From positions 5,792,001-5,856,000 of the forward strand of contig OY761158.1 of assembly GCA_963664405.1 (NCBI GenBank): a stretch of 64,000 nt of DNA. The letters are read 5' to 3'. Under the pieces are notes generated by a model. That model worked only from the letters and a program-made list of their open reading frames with translations, did no database searches and was not told where the DNA came from. Position numbers and translations under genes: made by a program. The DNA is from Thermoanaerobaculia bacterium. Lineage in GTDB: Bacteria > Acidobacteriota > Thermoanaerobaculia > Multivoradales > Multivoraceae. Shown here one piece after another: positions 58,115 to 64,000 of this stretch. Position 1 is the first letter of the stretch; every line of letters begins with the position of its first letter.

Positions 58115-58974
58115 ATGCCCGGTATCCCCCGCATTGCGCACTTTGTTTTCGGGCTGCGTCAGCAGCACGAGCCCTTTCATCCGCTCCACTTTTTGGCATT
58201 GGAGACCTGTCGCCGGGTGCTTCAGCCCGATGCCATCTACCTCCACTACCATTGGCTTCCTTTCGGGGCGCTGTGGGACACCATCCGGCCGCATCTCACC
58301 CTGGTGCGTGTTGATCGGGTCGAGGCTGTCGACCGCGCAACCTACGACGATCGGCTGGTGCCGGAAGAATACCGTTATGCGCACCACGCAGACTTTTTGC
58401 GCCTCGATGCTCTGATCGAGCACGGAGGTATTTACGCCGATATCGATACGCTTTTTTTGCGACCGCTTCCCGAGTCGCTGTGGCGCCAGCCCTTCGTGAT
58501 CGGCCGCGAGCCTGACGTGGTCGATGAGCACACCGGCGAAAGGCGTGCGTCACTCTGCAATGCGCTTCTGATGTCGAGGCCGCCGCCGACTTCGCTCGAG
58601 CCTGGCGAGAGGAGATGGCGTCGGAGCTGGATGGCTCTTGGAGCAACCACTCTGGATTTCTCGCCCAGCGCTTGAGCGAGGAGCGGCCGCAGTCTGTCCA
58701 CGTAGAGCCGGAGGAGTCGTTCTTTCCTGTGCCCTCGACGCCCGCGGGACTGGCCTCGCTGTTCTCCGTAGAGCCGCTCTCCATAGGGTCCAGCTACTCC
58801 ATCCACCTCTGGGAGCACTTGTGGTGGCGGCACGAGCGGACGGACTTTTCTCAGCACCACGGTGATGAGATCACCTTCGCTTTCCTGCGCCGGTCGACGA
58901 CGGCGCTGGCTCGTTTGGCGAGGCCTTGCTTGCCCGAGCTCGACGTCGACGACTTGATCCGGCGCACCCCGTGA
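58115..58974 (+). pseudogene. GT32-like DXD glycosyltransferase (Gly_transf_sug); -1 frameshift near 58582
   Basis: IPRIAHFVFG, AHHADFLRL..L..HGGIYADID, CNA; continues W..HS...HLWE in the next frame. Confidence 0.8.
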
Positions 58975-61403
58975 GCTCGGCGGGACGAGGAATCCGCTGG
59001 GTGTCCCTGATGCCCGGTTGTGGGTACGGTGATGCGGCAGCGCTATACCTCTCTGGTCTCGACCGGCTCGGAGTTCCCATCAGCTGGACACCGATCTCAC
59101 GCGGGCTCGAGACTGTCGGCGCGAGAGATCGCCTGCCGGGATCGAGCCCTGTTGTCGACGAACGCATGGTGGATCTGTGGCAGAAGCCGATAGTGGCGGA
59201 CACTCTAGTGATCGACGTTCCTCCCCCGAAGCTCCACAAGCACTGGCTTGCGAAATACCCCGATCTGACGCCCTACGCATACGTAGCCTGGGAGATGGAC
59301 CGGCTCCCTCGCGGATGGGCCCGGGTTCTCAATCGCTTCGAGAGCATCTTTGTTCCGTCGGAGTTCAACCGCAGCGTGATGAGAGAGTGTGGGATCGATC
59401 GCCCGATCGACGTCATCCCGCACATCGCCCGACGGGTCGAGCCGGTGGCGACACCGAGACTGCTCAGCACTCTCGCCGATGATGACTTCGTCTTCTACAC
59501 GATTGGAACGTGGACCGATCGCAAGGCGATGGCGGAAACAGTACGGGCTTACCTGGAGACGTTTCGTGGCGACGAGCGTGTCGTTCTGGTGGTCAAGACC
59601 GATTCGGTCGACAGGACTCAGCGGAGTGGATCGAGTGTCTGGCGGCGTAACAGCTCTGCGTCTCGGTCGAGGATGGTCTGGTGGACGCTGGCGCGGCTCC
59701 TGGCCGAGTATCCGGGGGCCGGCAGAGTGCATCTCGTCGCGGGGGAAGTGAGCCCTCGCACCATCGACGGGATCCACAGCCGAGGCGATTGCTTTTTGTC
59801 CCTCACCCGCAGCGAAGGGTGGGGCCTGGGTCCTTTCGAGGCCCTGCTGTTCGGCAATCCGGCAATTGTGACGGGTTGGGGCGGGCAGATGGACTACCTG
59901 GGTTCGGACTATCCTCTCGCGCTTCGCTATCAGCTCGAGGATGCGCCGGCCGACGAGTACGATCGAGGAGTCCCTGCGCCGCGTTGGGCGCGAGCCGATC
60001 GCGGGCACGCCGGCGAGCTGCTGCGATGGGTCTTCGAGCATCGAGCCGAGGCTCGAGCTGATGCTGACTCCCTGCGCCGGTCGCTGTCGACGACCTATTC
60101 GGCCGATGCCGTCTGTCGGGAGCTCGCTCGGGGACTGGGCTTTCCGACAGGGACACTCACCGATGGCAACCCGCCAATCTCGTGGGATCGATACCAACCC
60201 GTCTCTGTCGACGCTGCTGTCGATGACTTGATGGATGCCTGCAGTAAGTATCTCGCGGGCGAAAGGGCCAAGGTGACCCGCGTTTGGAAAGGCGATCCAA
60301 AGCGCATCGCCGAGTTGGCGTCGGCTCATCGCCTACAGCCCTTGTTGAGCTCGCTGGTGCGGAGCGGGCGGCTGGAGCAGAATCTCCCACAGGATCTGCT
60401 CGACGACTGGTTCGGCGCCTACTGTTTGACGGCGTTGCGAAACGGCCGCTTGTTGCAGGTGCTTGGCGAGCTCACCGCGCGCTGCCACGCCGCGGGTCTT
60501 CGACCCCTCGCCCTGAAGGGGCCGGTAGACATCGCTCGCGGCTACCGCGACCCGGGGCTTCGTCCCATGGTCGATCTCGATATTCTCTGCCGGGCCCTCG
60601 AAGTGGAGCCCGTGCTCGGTCATTGCTACGATCTCGGGTTTCGCTACAAACGTCAGACAACTCCCTTTCATGTCGAGCTTTGCCATCCCGACAACGACGC
60701 CACAGTAGAAGTCCATTTCGACCTCTGGGAAGAGGTCGCGAATCGAGAGCGTTTTCTCGAGGAGCTGTGGCGCGACGCCGAAAGTTGCGAGGTCGCCGGT
60801 GTTTGTTTCGAGGCCCCATCGGCCGCGTGCTCCCTAGTTCTCGGCGTCGCGCACCTTGTGCATCACGACTTCCTGATCGGCATGAAGCCCATCCTCGATT
60901 TCGCCCTCCTGCTCACCAAGAGCCCTGCAACGGATGGAGACCGTGTCCTCTCCATGGCTAGACTCGGTGATCTCCACAAAGAGTTAGGCAGTCTCAGTAG
61001 GGCGCTCATTCGGGACCTCGCCTGGAGCTCCACAGAGCCGCCCTGGCTCGAGTCGGGCTTGATCGCCGGCGAAGAGGGCCTCGACCGGACCCTTGCCATC
61101 CAACTCCTTGCTCACTGGCGCCGGCTGCCCGAGTGGGCTGGCCCCGGCGCCTTCGACGAGATCGCGACCCGGCCCGGTCTCGTCGGCAAGCTCGGCTTCG
61201 CGCGCCGTGTACTTTTACCGCCACCAAGAGAGTTCCGACTTGCTTCGAGAGAGAGAGGTGCCGCGGGCGCTCGTCTCAAGCACGTCGCGGCGGCGGTGGC
61301 GGCTGTGGTAGACGCAGCGTTGCATCGCAGCTGGCGCGCGCGTAGGCGGGGCGGCTCACTGAAGCGCGAGCTTCATCATCGCCGGGCCGCCAGGCGAGAG
61401 TGA
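58971..61403 (+). CDS. Fusion of GT4 glycosyltransferase and NTP_transf_5-like nucleotidyltransferase
   Basis: GYG, WE.DRLP, PSEFN, RSEGWGL..FEA; C-half LKGP.....Y.DPGLRPMVDLDIL, VEVH; GTGA overlap with upstream gene. Confidence 0.85.
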   Translation: MSSAGRGIRWVSLMPGCGYGDAAALYLSGLDRLGVPISWTPISRGLETVGARDRLPGSSPVVDERMVDLWQKPIVADTLVIDVPPPKLHKHWLAKYPDLTPYAYVAWEMDRLPRGWARVLNRFESIFVPSEFNRSVMRECGIDRPIDVIPHIARRVEPVATPRLLSTLADDDFVFYTIGTWTDRKAMAETVRAYLETFRGDERVVLVVKTDSVDRTQRSGSSVWRRNSSASRSRMVWWTLARLLAEYPGAGRVHLVAGEVSPRTIDGIHSRGDCFLSLTRSEGWGLGPFEALLFGNPAIVTGWGGQMDYLGSDYPLALRYQLEDAPADEYDRGVPAPRWARADRGHAGELLRWVFEHRAEARADADSLRRSLSTTYSADAVCRELARGLGFPTGTLTDGNPPISWDRYQPVSVDAAVDDLMDACSKYLAGERAKVTRVWKGDPKRIAELASAHRLQPLLSSLVRSGRLEQNLPQDLLDDWFGAYCLTALRNGRLLQVLGELTARCHAAGLRPLALKGPVDIARGYRDPGLRPMVDLDILCRALEVEPVLGHCYDLGFRYKRQTTPFHVELCHPDNDATVEVHFDLWEEVANRERFLEELWRDAESCEVAGVCFEAPSAACSLVLGVAHLVHHDFLIGMKPILDFALLLTKSPATDGDRVLSMARLGDLHKELGSLSRALIRDLAWSSTEPPWLESGLIAGEEGLDRTLAIQLLAHWRRLPEWAGPGAFDEIATRPGLVGKLGFARRVLLPPPREFRLASRERGAAGARLKHVAAAVAAVVDAALHRSWRARRRGGSLKRELHHRRAARRE

Positions 61404-61410
61404 CAGATCG

Positions 61411-62481
61411 CTACCGGCCCGAGTCAGGAGTGGCTCGCACTTGATTCTCTTCGAAACGGGCGCCACGCAGAGTGTTGCCCATAGAGTAGTTTCCTTCGTG
61501 GCATGCGTACTCGTACATCTTGTCTGGAGTCGCCGGCCAGCTGTATTCGCCGCTGTAGGGCGTCTCGTAGTCGCCGTTTTCGAGCGTGAACTGGTACAAC
61601 AGCGTGTCCTCGTCGGTGAGGGTCAAGCGCTCGACGACGCGCTGATCGCGAGGTGGGGAGGGCTCGCCGAAGAGAGTGGTGGCCAGCCACTCTTCTTCGA
61701 GAAAGTTTGTGGTTTCGACGACCAAAGTGTCGCCCTCCCACCAGCCGATCGAGTCTCCGCCTCGCGAAAGCAGCCCCGGCGGTCTGTGCTCGGGCTTGGC
61801 CGATGGAGTGCCCAAGCGAATGATCCGCGCCTCGTGCATCCACTCGACCAGGATCATGACGTAGCTCTCCGTTTGCATGATGGTCTTGATGTTGTTGTAG
61901 TTCTTGGGCAGCACCGGGATCGTCGCCTCTAGCGAAAAGATGCAGCGATCGGCGATCGACAGCGACTCGGGCCCGTCATAAGGGCCGACTTCGCGGTCGA
62001 GCCACCAAGCCGTACCGGTGTTTTTCTTGGAGAAGGGATAGAGACCGCCTCTGCGCTCTCGGCCCCTCTCGGTGAGTGGCGGAAAGCGACCGTTGGGTGG
62101 ATCGGTGATGAGAGAGGTCCGGAACCTGCCATCTACGGCAACGGCCTGGGTGCCTCGGTCCATGTAGAAGTCGTTGTAGGCGCCTATGCTGCCACCAGCG
62201 GGGGGTGCCTGGCGATTCGGATCGCTGGCTTTCGCACGCTGCGCGCTCCTGGTGGCTGCGCTCTGCTGGATCTCCTCAGCCTCGGCTGGCGTCAGGAAGA
62301 GTCGATTCCCGTACTCGGGAAGCCTCTGCATCGGTGTCAGGGTGCCGATGTCGTAATTTCCCGAGAGGTTGGGTCTGCCCTGGAGCGTTCTCGGGATGTC
62401 GCCTGCCGATGCAATCTCGAGCGGGCAGATTACGAACATGAATACGAAACCAAGTAGCCAGCGAGTTGCGCTGTCGTTCAT
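61411..62481 (-). CDS. Uncharacterised secreted protein, 'YEYACHEGNY' family (copy 4)
   Basis: GRPNLSGNY, RTSLITDPPNGRFP, DRC, GDSIGWWEGDTLVVETTNF, YEYACHEGNY. Confidence 0.85.
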   Translation of the reverse strand: MNDSATRWLLGFVFMFVICPLEIASAGDIPRTLQGRPNLSGNYDIGTLTPMQRLPEYGNRLFLTPAEAEEIQQSAATRSAQRAKASDPNRQAPPAGGSIGAYNDFYMDRGTQAVAVDGRFRTSLITDPPNGRFPPLTERGRERRGGLYPFSKKNTGTAWWLDREVGPYDGPESLSIADRCIFSLEATIPVLPKNYNNIKTIMQTESYVMILVEWMHEARIIRLGTPSAKPEHRPPGLLSRGGDSIGWWEGDTLVVETTNFLEEEWLATTLFGEPSPPRDQRVVERLTLTDEDTLLYQFTLENGDYETPYSGEYSWPATPDKMYEYACHEGNYSMGNTLRGARFEENQVRATPDSGR

Positions 62482-62588
62482 GAGGCCTCCAGCGTTTTCC
62501 GAAAGTCGAGGCGTGGCCGTGTGCGTTCTCGCGATTCTATCTCTCCGCTGGGGGTGGAGGGGCGCGAGTCCGGTACGATTGAATAAAG

Positions 62589-63247
62589 ATGCCCGAGCCC
62601 CTAGAGATCGACGTCTACTGGTCCTTCCGCAGTCCCTGGTCCTATCTCGCGACGCCGCGGCTTGCCGAGTGGCAGCGCCGCTACGATCTTCAGGTCCGCT
62701 TTCGGCCGGTTTACCCGATCGCGATCCGTACGCCTGAGTTCTTTGGATCGGTGGACCCTCTGTGGTTCTCCTACTTCGTCCAGGACGTCGTCCGTGTCGC
62801 CAAGTTTCTCGATCTGAGCTTCGCCCGACCCAGCCCTGACCCGGTAGTAGAGGAGCAGCGGGACGGCGAACGCTTCTTTCCCGCCGAGCAGCCCCATATC
62901 CATCGCCTGACGCGTTTGGGCGTACTGGCTGAGGAGCGTAGTCACGGTATCGACTTCGCGGACAGCGTGTCCCGTTGATCTGGGGTGGAACTGAGGGCTG
63001 GAACGAGGGTAAGCAAGAGGCGGCGGCTCGAGCCGGTCTCGATCTTGCGGAGATCGATGCGGCTGCGGTGGCCGAGTGCGAACGTCTCGCCGCGGTGATC
63101 GAGGGAAACCAAGCGGATCATCGGGCTGCCGGTCATTGGGGTGTACCCACCTGTGCTTTCCGGTGTGAGCCCTTCTTTGGTCAGGACCGGCTCGACGTCC
63201 TGCTTTGGCGGCTGAAGAAATGCGGGCTCAGGGAGCGCGTGGGCTAG
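62589..63247 (+). pseudogene. 2-hydroxychromene-2-carboxylate isomerase/DsbA family; frameshift near 62975
   Basis: YWSFRSPWSYLA, then IWGG...GHWGVPT...EPFFGQDR in the next frame. Confidence 0.82.
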
Positions 63248-63352
63248 GCTCTCTGTGCGCAGAATCGCCACTTCTCCGAGAGCGCCGTGCTCCCCCAGGG
63301 CAGCTCCATCTTGCGCATAGTCGTTCACGTCGTGAGGGGAGGAGGGGAGCAC

Positions 63353-63755
63353 GTGCCGAGCAACATCCGCATCCGTCAGATCTGCATGGTCGCCCACGAC
63401 CTCGAGCGTGTCCGCGGCCAGTTTGAGTTTGTTTTGGCGTCGAGGTCTGCTACCACGCCCCGGGGGGCCTTGGTTTCACGACTGCTTGATCCCGATCGGG
63501 AACCAGTTTCTCGAGATCGTCTCGCCGAAGCAGCACGACACTGCAGCCGGCCGGTACCTTGAAGTCTCGTGGCGGAGAAGGAGGTGCCATGGTGATCATT
63601 CAGGTCTCGGCGGCCTGCGATCACGCCCTTCGAAGGCGGATCGAAGCCAGGGGCGTGCCCATCGTGTCCGCGAGTCTGGCGGCCAGCACACTGGCGATGG
63701 TTTTCGTCTGATCCTCGTGACGTACCGGGTGCCATTCCCGAAGTTCAGTCTCTAG
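63353..63755 (+). pseudogene. Degraded VOC/glyoxalase-like gene with multiple frameshifts
   Basis: Pieces in different frames: IRIRQICMVAHDL / GVEVCY / LIPIGNQFLEIVSP...TAAGRYL / RGGEGG.MVIIQ; strong RBS. Confidence 0.7.
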
Positions 63756-63886
63756 TCCACCCACGCCGAGGTCCCACCCGATTAGTCGGAGGAAGCCCCG
63801 GAGAAGGTGGCTCAAGAAGTCGAGCGTTCTACGCAAGGGCCTAGTCCTCACTTACGTCTATTGATGTCAGGAGGAATTGCAAAGAA

Positions 63887-64000
63887 GTGCGGAAACCCAG
63901 AGGACTGGTCGCAAACCGCCTGGTGGAGATTACCTGCCGGACACAGCAGGGACGCTTTCTCCTGTGCCCCTCGCCGGAGGTGAATCGGATCATCCTCGGC
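63887..64000 (+). mobile_element. Probable 5' end of an IS200-like/RAYT Y1 tyrosine transposase, cut by the window edge
   Basis: GTG-start frame MRKPRGLVANRLVEITCRTQQGRFLLCPSPEVNRIILG resembles the N-terminus of this group; AGGAGG at 63869; HUH motif not in the window. Confidence 0.55.

Noticed and set aside
54302-61403. Canonical lasso peptide cluster
   Set aside because: No Asn-synthetase-like cyclase or B2 protease; the peptide's C-terminal part has no Asp/Glu for macrolactam formation
62976-62978. Selenocysteine TGA in the DsbA-like gene
   Set aside because: Homology continues in a different frame, so it is a frameshift

Overview
High-GC bacterial window, most likely Acidobacteriota (Thermoanaerobaculia-like; inferred from a characteristic C-terminal domain and the gene families present). 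It is dominated by secreted or periplasmic catabolic enzymes (five PQQ-type dehydrogenases, sulfatase, amidohydrolase, cyclase, FAH, two PHP/DUF3604 proteins), two enolase-superfamily enzymes, transporters, a MacAB-like exporter and four paralogs of an uncharacterised secreted 'YEYACHEGNY' family. The most notable locus (54.3-61.4 kb) is a candidate RiPP-like system. It has a 55-aa peptide missed by the ORF track (Tat-like RRDF motif, FxxPxV RRE-type motif, Ser-rich tail), a PqqD/RRE protein, an HPr-kinase-like protein, a GT2-TPR, GT4 and GT32 glycosyltransferases and a GT4-nucleotidyltransferase fusion, with no lasso cyclase or protease in the window. Other features are a 12-unit 68/70-bp double-hairpin tandem array, two 91-bp CTAG-bounded elements, the 5' end of a probable Y1/RAYT-like transposase at the right edge, and a duplicated divergent-promoter plus signal-peptide cassette shared by unrelated enzymes. 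Several genes carry frameshifts or stops that may be sequencing errors. All family calls come from motif recognition by eye; no database searches were run.
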